This document shows positions 12,011 through 20,873 of a stretch of 36,111 nucleotides of DNA, one piece after another. Every line of letters begins with the position of its first letter. Position 1 is the first letter of the stretch. The position numbers and the translations under genes were made by a program. The notes below the pieces were generated by a model. The model saw nothing but the letters and a program-made list of their open reading frames with translations, was not told where the DNA came from and did not search any database. The stretch lies in IMG/VR virus record IMGVR_UViG_3300030098_005070; one strand, written 5' to 3'. Source of the stretch: an uncultured virus (IMG/VR IMGVR_UViG_3300030098_005070). Its lineage: Duplodnaviria > Heunggongvirae > Uroviricota > Caudoviricetes.

Positions 12011-13203
12011 GCAGTTCTACCTCCACGACCTACATCATGCCCAGTAGAATCTAAGCCGAAATGCCTTGGGTCAGTCTTAGCATCTTCCGTTGCACCCTCC
12101 GGTCGTGTGGTTTGTTTTGGTCCATTTTCAGGATGTTTTGGAAGATTTGAGCCTCCCCCACCTGTATCTTTAGTACCGTATCCTTTCTTCTTTTGCTCCT
12201 TTTCTCTCAATAATTTCTTGGTTCTATTCAATAAGTGTCGTAATTCTTGAACAGTAGCCCAATCATACCTCTTTTGAATATCACTTCCTTTGAAATCATC
12301 AAAACTCATAGCGACTTGAGATGCCCCACTCATAGCGAGATGTGGTGCTCCTGCAATAGTGGGTGGTTGAATTGGTGGTGGTCTATGTGGTTTTAGTTTG
12401 GGTTTTGGCATTCCTCTTGTTGAATACCCATACCCTTGAGTAATTTGTGGGGTTATAGGTTGTGTTCTAATTTGACCTTGTTGTGCACGAGAAGCCTGTT
12501 GTGCTTGGAATTTTTGATATTTACGAGGGTCTTCTAATCGCATTGGTTGTTTTGTTTTGATACCGCGGTGACTCATCTCTACAGCAAGATGCGCTCGACC
12601 AAGACCTGTTTTCTTTGAGCCACCTAATGAACGACTAAGCGCTTTGGCTCTTCTAGAAGTTGCACTTTTAGGACTGTATCCACCTTTTGGTTTTTTGAAA
12701 TCACCAGTGCTCGGCTTACCTTTTGCTCTAGCCTCCTGCTTCATTCTTTTTTCTCTTTCTTTTTTGGAGGCTTTGAGTAATTCAGACCAAGCGTGTTCCA
12801 TCGGCTCGCTCATAGCGACCATTTCTCCACGAGCAGCACCCGGTCCTTTTGCGCCACCAGCGAGACTTGAAAGATAACCAAAATTACCAGCAGCGCCAGT
12901 CTGAGAATGTAACTCACGGTCAGCATCTATTTTTTCTGAATCATCACGGTCTTCTTCTTCATCTTCGTCTTCTTCAAACTCTCTAAGCATCTTAGGTTTA
13001 ACCTTGATATGCTTGCGAGATTTCTCTTTTTTCTCCTGCTCTTCTTTTTTCTTTTGTTTCTTCTCTTTTTCAGCGTCAGCATACCTTGGGTCTGAAGGAG
13101 AATAGTTGTCTTCTTCACCATTATTTCTGAACATATATGACGATTCTGACCTAGGATTGTAGATTCGGGTATCAGAACCCCTTCCCATCATTCCTTCAGT
13201 CAT
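12007..13203 (-). CDS. Highly charged, probably disordered protein (acidic N-half, basic C-half)
   Basis: Start placed at ATG 13203; internal EHAWSELLKA motif separates the acidic and basic halves. Confidence 0.75.
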
Positions 13204-13609
13204 AGATAGAATCCCCCATGATGTACATCGAAGAGCGGTATAGCGCACTGGCTATGTCTTCATAAAAGTCTTGAATGGAAGAAGGGCTTGTAAAACACTT
13301 ACCCATCTTAGATAATTCATCTTGAACAAGGGGAATTGTCTTCCTTAATTCGGCCCTAACATGGAAAACAATTTCCGGCTCATCTGTTTCACAAAGTGCC
13401 CTTAACATCTCTATCAAGTCAACAATTTGGTCGCCAAAATGCAAACCATATTCTGACCTTTCAACGTATGAATTGAATTTTTGAAATACAAGAGAAACAT
13501 AATCTAAGAAAGTTGGAAGTTGTTTTTCATTTATGATTGGATAATTATTTAGAAGTTGGAAACCGGGGTGGTTTGAAACAAATAACTCATCAATGTAAAT
13601 CGGCCTCAA
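13196..13609 (-). CDS. Hypothetical protein
   Basis: 3' part of the track ORF; likely start TTG 13609 after GGGGTGA (GTG 13618 also possible). Confidence 0.6.
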   Translation of the reverse strand: MRPIYIDELFVSNHPGFQLLNNYPIINEKQLPTFLDYVSLVFQKFNSYVERSEYGLHFGDQIVDLIEMLRALCETDEPEIVFHVRAELRKTIPLVQDELSKMGKCFTSPSSIQDFYEDIASALYRSSMYIMGDSIYD

Positions 13610-14291
13610 AAGTTTCACCCCCAGTATTTTCAAGCAATTGTGCCTTAATTCGTTTCCAACTATCAGGACTTTCTTTTGCAAGTTCGACCTTAAGGACATT
13701 AATCGTTTGATTGATAGTTGTCTCAGTGGTATCTCCTCCCCACTGGTCATTAAATTTGAGTAAATCTTTCACAGTTTCACGAACTTCTTTGTGAAGAGAT
13801 ACAGCATCACGAACAAAACCGTCTTCATGGACTGAACCTTCGGAAAGTAGTTCTGATAATTTATAATTTAACCTCTCAGCGTTGCTTCTCAAAAGATTAA
13901 GTTCCTGACCTACAGAAAAAGCAACCTCTATTGCTGCTGATTTTTGAACTAAAGGTTGGAAGTGGTGCTTCATATGATGGTAAACCGTATTCTCAGCAAC
14001 TTCTAATTCATCGGCTATGCTATCAATTTCATTACCATCAGCGAAAAAACGACTCTCGTAATTAGCACGTTCAGGATGAGAACAAATTACACAAGAAGGA
14101 TTAGCAGCCATATGGTATTCACCCATATGATTTCTGAAGTGTCGGTCAGCGGTATTCGCCCTCCAACCCATATCTTTGTCTAACTGTTTTGCTGAAAACT
14201 CACCAGCCAAAAGCGAGGCTTCCAAAGCATCTCTTTCTTCTGATTGACAGAAGGCGCAAGAGCGTTTAGAAACACGAGCGTTATCACTCAT
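13590..14291 (-). CDS. Putative terminase small subunit / Zn-HTH DNA-binding protein with duplicated domain
   Basis: Two copies of CxxC-x3-R...HTH...HxxxH (CAFC...RHFRNH; CVIC...HHMKHH), then a coiled coil; upstream of terL. Confidence 0.55.
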   Translation of the reverse strand: MSDNARVSKRSCAFCQSEERDALEASLLAGEFSAKQLDKDMGWRANTADRHFRNHMGEYHMAANPSCVICSHPERANYESRFFADGNEIDSIADELEVAENTVYHHMKHHFQPLVQKSAAIEVAFSVGQELNLLRSNAERLNYKLSELLSEGSVHEDGFVRDAVSLHKEVRETVKDLLKFNDQWGGDTTETTINQTINVLKVELAKESPDSWKRIKAQLLENTGGETFEADLH

Positions 14292-14323
14292 TAGTATCGC
14301 TTATGAGGGGTAGCCCAATAAAC

Positions 14324-14584
14324 TTAATTCTGCATCTGTGTTATTCTACCGTAAACAGCGGATAAAAATACCAAAGACGTGAACAAACCAAATATGAAAA
14401 AAGTAGCCTCATTTGTGTTCAAAGAGTCCCCTTTAAATAACAAAACTGCAACCATTAACACTATCAAACTAATTAGTTGCACCATAATCATATCTATGAC
14501 TACACTTCTTTTTGGACTCCACATATCTAATGATAAATTTGTCAATTGATTAGGAATTATAGTTAAGGGGTTATTATCTAACAT
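14324..14584 (-). CDS. Small membrane protein (2 TM)
   Basis: Two hydrophobic stretches (MIMVQLISLIVLMVAVLLF; FFIFGLFTSLVFLSAVY). Confidence 0.75.
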   Translation of the reverse strand: MLDNNPLTIIPNQLTNLSLDMWSPKRSVVIDMIMVQLISLIVLMVAVLLFKGDSLNTNEATFFIFGLFTSLVFLSAVYGRITQMQN

Positions 14585-15240
14585 TATGCTCTACCTCCAA
14601 ACATCAAAGAGCGGGCAGTTGAACCTAATGCGTTGCCCATGCTTTCCATCATACCCGGATTTTCCAAAGCAGCGCCAAGAGCGCCTTGAAGCATACTTTG
14701 ATTTGCTGTTGCTAAAATTTGTTGCCTTTTCATTTCAGCATTTTGAATTATGGCGTTAGATTGATTTTGTAGATTAGATAATTGAGCAACAATGTTTTCT
14801 GCACTTAAAGTTTGTAAATCACTAGGAAGAGAGGTTACATCCAAAGTTAAAGAGGCATCTTCTTCATTTAAAGAAAATGTAGAGTTTTTTAATACATTTA
14901 GTAAAGAAAAAGTCATAATATTTGTTAGCATATCAATGAATACAGGCATTTGTTGACTCACAAAGAACTTATCAATCGGGTTCAAAGTTTGCAACATTGC
15001 ATCTAAAATTTCACTATCTGAAGGGGGTGCTACTGGGGCGTTAGCGTATTGATTGTACTGGTCTCCATACCCCATTCCGCCAAAAAGACCCTGCACCATA
15101 GGATTTCCAACCATACCATTTTGCATAGGCGATTGTGCAAATCCGTTCACACCAGCACCCATAGGAGCACCAGTTTGGCTTAGGTTAAGTGAATTTGACG
15201 CTAATTGTTGTGATTGATTATTACTGAAAAGGCCGACCAT
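14584..15240 (-). CDS. Q/N/M/G-rich hypothetical protein
   Basis: 218 aa; GAGGTGA RBS; low-complexity N-terminus and helical C-terminus. Confidence 0.75.
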   Translation of the reverse strand: MVGLFSNNQSQQLASNSLNLSQTGAPMGAGVNGFAQSPMQNGMVGNPMVQGLFGGMGYGDQYNQYANAPVAPPSDSEILDAMLQTLNPIDKFFVSQQMPVFIDMLTNIMTFSLLNVLKNSTFSLNEEDASLTLDVTSLPSDLQTLSAENIVAQLSNLQNQSNAIIQNAEMKRQQILATANQSMLQGALGAALENPGMMESMGNALGSTARSLMFGGRA

Positions 15241-15251
15241 TTCTTCTCACC

Positions 15252-16193
15252 TCATTGCGGTTGTTGTGGTGGCACAGGGGGGGTCGCCTCATTAGTCTGT
15301 TGATTCAAGATTTCTTGGAAAGCAGGTGTGGGTTGATTCATTTGCATCAATTCTTTTTGGAATATTCTTAAGTCAAAATGGACCGATGTTAAATCATTCA
15401 TACCAGTTTCAGGGTTTTTGTAATGAATAATATTTATACCACTAGTTTTTCTTGAATCTCTTTCAAGCATTTCAAAGAATGGTTCGTATTTTTGTAGCAT
15501 TTCAGGAACAGGTGTCTCATCTTTTTTAGCAATACTAACTGGGACAGTAACAATTGAGACTCCTTTTTTCACTTTATCTCTAAATCTAGAAGGTTTCATT
15601 TCATTTTCTTTTTCTTCTTCGGCTTCCCACTTACAAAGAAGATGGTATAAATGAAGATGTTCAGGACAATAAGTACCTCTCATTTTCCTACCACTAGTAA
15701 CGTTTTCCATAGCCAAAAACGCCTCAGCCTCTCCAGTCACAGGGTTTTGCCAATACATATCCCAAAGACTTCGGCCAGTCTCATCATCACATATTTTTGC
15801 ATAGAGATTGTCATATTGAATTAACTCTTTACAGTCGCAACCATCAACCACACAAAGATGAGATTGTTTGTTGTATAGATATTTTGAACCAAACCACCTT
15901 CTTGGGTCAAAAAAACTTCTTTTAGTCGGTCTAAGTAATTTGTACGCTTGTCTAATATCTTGACTTCTAGCCTTTCTAGGATTAGCATGAGTACTTGGAT
16001 AAAAGTTAACTTTTGGAACTTCAAGATTTCTTTGATTTGCAATTTGTTGCATTTCTCTTTGAGCAGCAGCCTGTTCCATTAAAACCGCTCTAGTTAATTG
16101 TGGATTCCCCTGTGCTGCTAAAGCCATAAGTGCGGCATCATTTGAAAATCCTAAGTTTGAGTATTGATTATCACCCGAAAAAGGTATATTCAT
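15252..16193 (-). CDS. Hypothetical protein with probable Zn-binding motif
   Basis: 313 aa; CVVDGCDC ... YCPEH. Confidence 0.75.
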   Translation of the reverse strand: MNIPFSGDNQYSNLGFSNDAALMALAAQGNPQLTRAVLMEQAAAQREMQQIANQRNLEVPKVNFYPSTHANPRKARSQDIRQAYKLLRPTKRSFFDPRRWFGSKYLYNKQSHLCVVDGCDCKELIQYDNLYAKICDDETGRSLWDMYWQNPVTGEAEAFLAMENVTSGRKMRGTYCPEHLHLYHLLCKWEAEEEKENEMKPSRFRDKVKKGVSIVTVPVSIAKKDETPVPEMLQKYEPFFEMLERDSRKTSGINIIHYKNPETGMNDLTSVHFDLRIFQKELMQMNQPTPAFQEILNQQTNEATPPVPPQQPQ

Positions 16194-16197
16194 TTAC

Positions 16198-16383
16198 TTA
16201 CACTTCCTTTACTGGATTCACTTTGATACAAAAATCCCCATCTTCTATGTCTAACTTCCATGCTAATCGGTCGCCGGGTCTTAAGTCAAATTGCTCTATA
16301 ATCCAAATTGGAACTGTAGAGCGTAGACTATTCGACCCACCTCCGGTGGCTACGAGGGTGGTATCGTTTTTTACTCTAGCCAT
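16198..16383 (-). CDS. AbrB/MazE/SpoVT-family DNA-binding protein
   Basis: SLRSTVPIWIIEQFDLRPGDRLAW matches the swapped-hairpin pattern; GGTGAT RBS. Confidence 0.8.
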   Translation of the reverse strand: MARVKNDTTLVATGGGSNSLRSTVPIWIIEQFDLRPGDRLAWKLDIEDGDFCIKVNPVKEV

Positions 16384-16445
16384 AGTATCACCGAAATGTT
16401 AGTTCTTCAAAAGGATATTGGTGGGGTCATTCAAAAGGATAATTG

Positions 16446-17159
16446 TTAGCCGCTCAATAAATCGAGCATAGTTACTTCTACATTCCATCCAATTCTTGTA
16501 GCCATGAAAGAACGTTTTGTCCTAATACCTGCTTTTTGTAATCTAATTAAATCATCACGAAATGGGTCGAAAATTTTGTGCTCTCCTATTCTTCCCTGTT
16601 GCCAAAGCATCGCTGCATTCTCATCGAAAAAGCGGTCTGCTTTATTACCAACTAACATGATAACTTTAGGGGCATATCTTTTACCTCGCCATCTACTTTT
16701 TAGGGTTCTATAGCGATAATTCCTTTTTATTAAAGTGTCAACTAAGAATTTGAAACCTGCAACTTGCTCAACCCCTTCCATACCTCCTTTGAAAGCCCGG
16801 TCGTCAAACATATAGACAACAGCCTCAACTTGGCGAGATACCATATCTTCAACCCATAAATTCCAATATCGTTCTTGACCACCAATATCTGCTGAATTTA
16901 CAACTCTCTTTTCACCCTTCCAATGAACTCGTTTTTTAGTAGCCCTTGGTAAAATGTATCTAGTTAGTATTTTGAAATGTTCTGTTCTTTCATCTTCTGA
17001 TATCTCCTCCATTTCACCCGGAGTAGTAAGATAACTGTCTAAAGTTGTTTTACCAACCATACTAGTTCCATAAACAGCAACTGACCTCGGTTTCCAAGAA
17101 TTATAGAGATTCTGACCCCAAAGGGCTGCGCCAATGAGAACACTGCCCGTCATGGACAT
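16446..17159 (-). CDS. Small GTPase, Ras superfamily (Arf/Sar-like)
   Basis: G1 GTSMVGKT, putative G2 Thr (ERTEH), G3 DIGGQ followed by ERYWNLW, G4 NKAD, atypical G5 (FMAT); hydrophobic N-terminal extension. Confidence 0.85.
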   Translation of the reverse strand: MSMTGSVLIGAALWGQNLYNSWKPRSVAVYGTSMVGKTTLDSYLTTPGEMEEISEDERTEHFKILTRYILPRATKKRVHWKGEKRVVNSADIGGQERYWNLWVEDMVSRQVEAVVYMFDDRAFKGGMEGVEQVAGFKFLVDTLIKRNYRYRTLKSRWRGKRYAPKVIMLVGNKADRFFDENAAMLWQQGRIGEHKIFDPFRDDLIRLQKAGIRTKRSFMATRIGWNVEVTMLDLLSG

Positions 17160-17163
17160 AGTG

Positions 17164-17427
17164 TCAACTCACTAAACCGACTAACCAGTTACCAAAATCT
17201 GCTACCTTTTGTAAAAACCACTCAACAGTTATAGACCAAAGTGAAACATCGTAATATAATTCAGTGGCGCTAACTGTAAGAACAGATACAACACTAACAA
17301 TTATTGTTCTAACCCAACCATAACCCCATTCGTAGACGTTATCTACAGTATTTGCTAAGTGCATAGCACGTAGCGTTTCTTCAACAGAGTCATCTTTTGG
17401 TGTTTTGAAAATCTTCCCCATGCTCAA
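17164..17427 (-). CDS. Small membrane protein
   Basis: Hydrophobic IIVSVVSVLTVSA and an amphipathic Trp-rich C-terminus; start may be ATG 17421. Confidence 0.7.
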   Translation of the reverse strand: MSMGKIFKTPKDDSVEETLRAMHLANTVDNVYEWGYGWVRTIIVSVVSVLTVSATELYYDVSLWSITVEWFLQKVADFGNWLVGLVS

Positions 17428-18092
17428 TCACGATTCTTACTATATCTCAAGTCAGGTGTGCCATCTTTTTTCAATGGTATGTCTGAAAGTTCGTCAGCCA
17501 TGTTGTTTAATTCACTAACACCAAGCGACTTTGACTCAGTAATTTTCGCTTTGTGAACAGGTGTTTTGTTAGGTGTGCTAGAAACTGGATTTTGCAAAGC
17601 CCATTGATATGCTTCTTCGTTAGTTGAAACCAAAGATGGATTTAGAGTGGAATGATAATCTAAACCTAGATTTGATTGGTTATCAACATCCCTCATAGCC
17701 GGATTAAATGTGTTCGGTACTTGGTCGGGATTTTGTTCCATCCACCTAAGTTCTTTTTCTAATTCTAATTCTTGCCTTCTCAATTCCATATCAGAACGGC
17801 GTTGGTCAAATGAAACCTGAATATTTCTAAATCGGTTTTGTTGTTGCCTTTGAAATTCTGTTATTCTTGCCCTTTCTCTCAGATTTCTTTCAAAGAACAT
17901 TTTAAACAAGTAATAAGCCAATCCTTGAACAGCGAAAGCCCCCATAGCATAATTCACCCCGTTCATCCACGTTTCATCATTTACTAACCACAGTTTACTA
18001 TCGAAAATAGCAACTGCTACACCTATCAATGCTGATTGGCTTATGATAAGCCCCATCAGCCTAATTTCTGAGTCGTTGTTATCGCCCTGCAT
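17424..18092 (-). CDS. Membrane protein (2 TM) with coiled coil
   Basis: Two N-terminal hydrophobic helices, an R/E/Q coiled coil and a C-terminal KKDGTPDLRY motif. Confidence 0.75.
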   Translation of the reverse strand: MQGDNNDSEIRLMGLIISQSALIGVAVAIFDSKLWLVNDETWMNGVNYAMGAFAVQGLAYYLFKMFFERNLRERARITEFQRQQQNRFRNIQVSFDQRRSDMELRRQELELEKELRWMEQNPDQVPNTFNPAMRDVDNQSNLGLDYHSTLNPSLVSTNEEAYQWALQNPVSSTPNKTPVHKAKITESKSLGVSELNNMADELSDIPLKKDGTPDLRYSKNRD

Positions 18093-18158
18093 ACTTTGAC
18101 CTCGACTGAGGCCACCAAAGGGGTCATCATAAAGGTTCTGAACAAAACCCCAGTAAAG

Positions 18159-18240
18159 AATCCAATAATCCGATGTATAGTATATACATAAGATATAATA
18201 TGTATGTAAAGTCTATATTATACATTAGACAAATTGGATT
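18159..18240. repeat. AT-rich imperfect inverted repeat (element A)
   Basis: Left arm AATCCAATAATCCGATGTATAGTATATAC; reverse complement of right arm AATCCAATTTGTCTAATGTATAATATAGAC. Confidence 0.75.
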
Positions 18241-18949
18241 ATTGGCTTCTGAGAGTTCCACGACCTTTGAAATGCCTAGCCCGGTTTGCGTGTTCACTCT
18301 CAAGGGTTAATTTCCCACCTTGTGTATGACTTACATCCATATGGTCACCTGACCCATAGATGCCCCTGCGCCGTCTCTCGCGATTTAGTTCCTCTCGATA
18401 TTTTACTCGTTCCGGGCTAGACTCGTATTTTTTGTCGTATTCCAACTTATGCTGCTTGGCTTCAGGAGATTTACGTTCTTTAAGAAAATCAAATGCTTTT
18501 TGAAATTCTGTTAATGATGTTTGAGTTGTAGAAGAATCAGCAGGTTTGGGTGTAGGCTGTGAAACCGGCTTTTTGAACCACTTATCGGCAGTAAGCGGGC
18601 TAGTAGTAGCACCTTGAGTTAAAGATGAAGGTAGTTTTTGTTGTTCTTTTACAATAGTAGGTTTTCCACCGACACCTTGTTTTTTGGCTCGTTTTCTTTT
18701 AGTAGCCGCTTGTTTTTGTCCTGAAGACATTGAGCCGCTTGTTTTAGGTGTTTCACTACTTACTTTAACAGAAGGTCTACATTTTGGGTATCCTTTACTA
18801 GATGTTTTTGCTTTACTTCTTCCACAAGGAGGGTGCTTACCATCCTTATCTTTTCTACTAACATCCACCCACTTTTCTTTGAACCAACGGTTCAAGTTCT
18901 TAATTACAAGAACATCATGGCAGGTGCAACGGTCAGTCATTTTACTCAC
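18239..18949 (-). CDS. Two-domain basic protein: DUF5872-like N-domain and HNH-like C-domain
   Basis: LNRWFKEKWVDV...CGRS...YPKCRP; S/T/P/Q linker; AFDFLK; then GSGDHMDVSH...NRARH. Family names come from motif recall. Confidence 0.65.
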   Translation of the reverse strand: MSKMTDRCTCHDVLVIKNLNRWFKEKWVDVSRKDKDGKHPPCGRSKAKTSSKGYPKCRPSVKVSSETPKTSGSMSSGQKQAATKRKRAKKQGVGGKPTIVKEQQKLPSSLTQGATTSPLTADKWFKKPVSQPTPKPADSSTTQTSLTEFQKAFDFLKERKSPEAKQHKLEYDKKYESSPERVKYREELNRERRRRGIYGSGDHMDVSHTQGGKLTLESEHANRARHFKGRGTLRSQ

Positions 18950-19340
18950 TCTTCTTTTGATTTTTCTTGGAAACTTCGTTTTCTGTTATTGGTCCACCTG
19001 CTGCCCAAGTGTAGCAGGTTCTATCTTTGTGGCACTTGAAATGATGCATCCAACAATAACCCAAGTCACCTTCTAACGGCATACATTTTCGCATTCTTGG
19101 GCTAATGTCAAAAGCAATACAGTTACTGCAATTAGAGTTCTTAGCAACATCAACTGTTGTGTTCCAATGCTCTGCTGCTTTAACCCAGTAATCTTCATCA
19201 GATAGATTAAGGGGACCATATTGAATATGTTCTGAATGTATAGCGTCATTACGATTTTTGGTGTTAAGTTCTAAGTCGCGTGTGGCTCTTGGACAAGCCC
19301 CTCTCTCTTTAATAACCGACCAAGCCATTTCAAGAGGCAT
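18942..19340 (-). CDS. Cys-rich metal-binding phage protein with AWxxIK leader
   Basis: Start placed at ATG 19340 (MPLEMAWSVIK); CSNC...C...GYC...KC...TC pattern. Confidence 0.7.
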   Translation of the reverse strand: MPLEMAWSVIKERGACPRATRDLELNTKNRNDAIHSEHIQYGPLNLSDEDYWVKAAEHWNTTVDVAKNSNCSNCIAFDISPRMRKCMPLEGDLGYCWMHHFKCHKDRTCYTWAAGGPITENEVSKKNQKKSE

Positions 19341-19344
19341 GAAT

Positions 19345-19536
19345 TCATTTCTTTTTTCCACCCTTTTTCCCCCTGAATTTCCCACGACAGTATTGGACCG
19401 CCCACCCATTTGCATAAGCAGATGGATAAACTTTGAATTTTCTTTTAGCAGCGGCTTTACCTTCAGGACACAATTTTTTGTACAAACCATCCCATACGGT
19501 ATCCATTGCGTGGCAATGGCCGCATTCACAAGTCAT
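19345..19536 (-). CDS. Small basic protein with YPSAYAN motif
   Basis: KRKFKVYPSAYANGW; N-terminal CECGHC and degenerate leader DTVWDGLYK. Confidence 0.7.
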   Translation of the reverse strand: MTCECGHCHAMDTVWDGLYKKLCPEGKAAAKRKFKVYPSAYANGWAVQYCRGKFRGKKGGKKK

Positions 19537-19545
19537 TTTACCACA

Positions 19546-19965
19546 TCATTGTATTTTCAAGATAGTCCACGCAAAGTCAAAAGCCTCAGACCTTCGTATG
19601 ATTGGAGCACCAGCGGCAGGAGGTAATTCTCCCTGAACCACCGTAGGTCTTGGAGCAAAAATTTGCCTTCCTCTCTCCAAGGATGCCGCCTCTCGTGCCG
19701 CTCTTTGCCTTTCTAATTCTCTTTGCCTAGACAAAGCCCCACCCGGAGTCGGCATTCTACCGACTCTCGCTCTTTCAGCAGCATAAGTAGGTGAGAGTGT
19801 CGCAGTTCCTTCAGGCATTTCGCCTAAATGAGATAGAGTTTCCATTTTCTCCTTTTTATCTTTATCAGGAGTAGCAGTTTCTGTAGGCTTTTTTGGGCTA
19901 GGTTTGGTTACTGAAATGACTAAGGCCATTCCGGGCTTTTTCTTATCTTCAGGCATCGCGGTCAC
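19546..19965 (-). CDS. Hypothetical protein ending in an AFDFAWTILK motif
   Basis: Coupled ORF; the leader-type motif sits at the extreme C-terminus. Confidence 0.65.
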   Translation of the reverse strand: MTAMPEDKKKPGMALVISVTKPSPKKPTETATPDKDKKEKMETLSHLGEMPEGTATLSPTYAAERARVGRMPTPGGALSRQRELERQRAAREAASLERGRQIFAPRPTVVQGELPPAAGAPIIRRSEAFDFAWTILKIQ

Positions 19966-20218
19966 GCTCCATCATTAATCTTGCAAGTTGAGACATTTTT
20001 GAATTCTTTTTCTCTTCTTCATCTTTAATTTCAGGTTTTTCGGTTTCACCGGGGTCGGATTCTGACCTTCTCCTAGCGACAGACATTTTTCCAGCACGAG
20101 AAGTACCCGGTGGGAAATCTGATTCACGAAGTTCAGCAGGGTTTCGATAGGGGTCATCAACTTCGTCATACCATGCTTTTTTCAAAGAATCCCATGCTAA
20201 ATCGAATGCTGTTGTCAT
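19949..20218 (-). CDS. Hypothetical protein with AWxxLK leader
   Basis: MTTAFDLAWDSLK. Confidence 0.7.
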   Translation of the reverse strand: MTTAFDLAWDSLKKAWYDEVDDPYRNPAELRESDFPPGTSRAGKMSVARRRSESDPGETEKPEIKDEEEKKNSKMSQLARLMMERDRDA

Positions 20219-20454
20219 CGTTGTCTTGCCACCCTTACTAATCCGGTTTGTCTTCTCATTTTTGGTCTAACTGCTCCTCTCGCCAAGTCCCGCTTGTACT
20301 TCGCTTTGGCTTTCTTGGTTTTAACCTTTCTCGCCATCCTTTGGACTTTGGCCTGTGCTACCTTTTTTGGTCGCTGAGAAACATAAGATTCTTTCTTGTA
20401 TCCGAATTGACCTTTCAAAAGGTCATAACAAAGAGAGAACTCTTCTCCACTCAT
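20215..20454 (-). CDS. Small very basic protein
   Basis: K/R-rich; degenerate leader EFSLCYDLLK; ATGA-coupled to the next gene. Confidence 0.65.
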   Translation of the reverse strand: MSGEEFSLCYDLLKGQFGYKKESYVSQRPKKVAQAKVQRMARKVKTKKAKAKYKRDLARGAVRPKMRRQTGLVRVARQR

Positions 20455-20513
20455 ACAGAACGGGCCAAAGGAGAAACAGTAAGTTCTTAGATATCTCCCT
20501 TCTTCGACCGGTC

Positions 20514-20873
20514 ATGAGTAAGGTGTTAGTGCTGAAAGCCGCCCCAGCACTAGCCCTTGCCGCACCAGCAGCAACAGGTGGTGCGATGACCACTACTGGT
20601 GCGGCGACAGGCGCAGCACGAATTGGTGCAGGTGCAGGTGCTGGCGCAGCAGCAGGGTCGAAATCTGCTCTTTCAAGGACAATGGGTGCTGGTGGTTTAA
20701 TTGGAATTTTAAATAAACCAAAAGAAATGGCTTCAAAAGAAACTCCTTTTGGAAATGAGCAACAAGTGGCTCAAAAAGAAGCAGAAAATAGGGCAGCGTA
20801 CCAGCGATTAGCCGGTGAAACCCGCCAATTAATGCGAGAAGGGGTTAATATTAACACCACGCAATTTTCGTGA
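20514..20873 (+). CDS. Ala/Gly-rich protein starting MSKVLVLK; lone plus-strand gene in the late block
   Basis: ATG 20514; first 8 aa identical to the 9810 protein; 3' end overlaps the HMG-CoA lyase gene by 45 bp. Confidence 0.65.
   Translation: MSKVLVLKAAPALALAAPAATGGAMTTTGAATGAARIGAGAGAGAAAGSKSALSRTMGAGGLIGILNKPKEMASKETPFGNEQQVAQKEAENRAAYQRLAGETRQLMREGVNINTTQFS

Noticed and set aside
19341..19529. N-terminal extension of the 195-aa ORF
   Set aside because: It overlaps the 19345-19536 gene; the tagged start at 19340 fits better.
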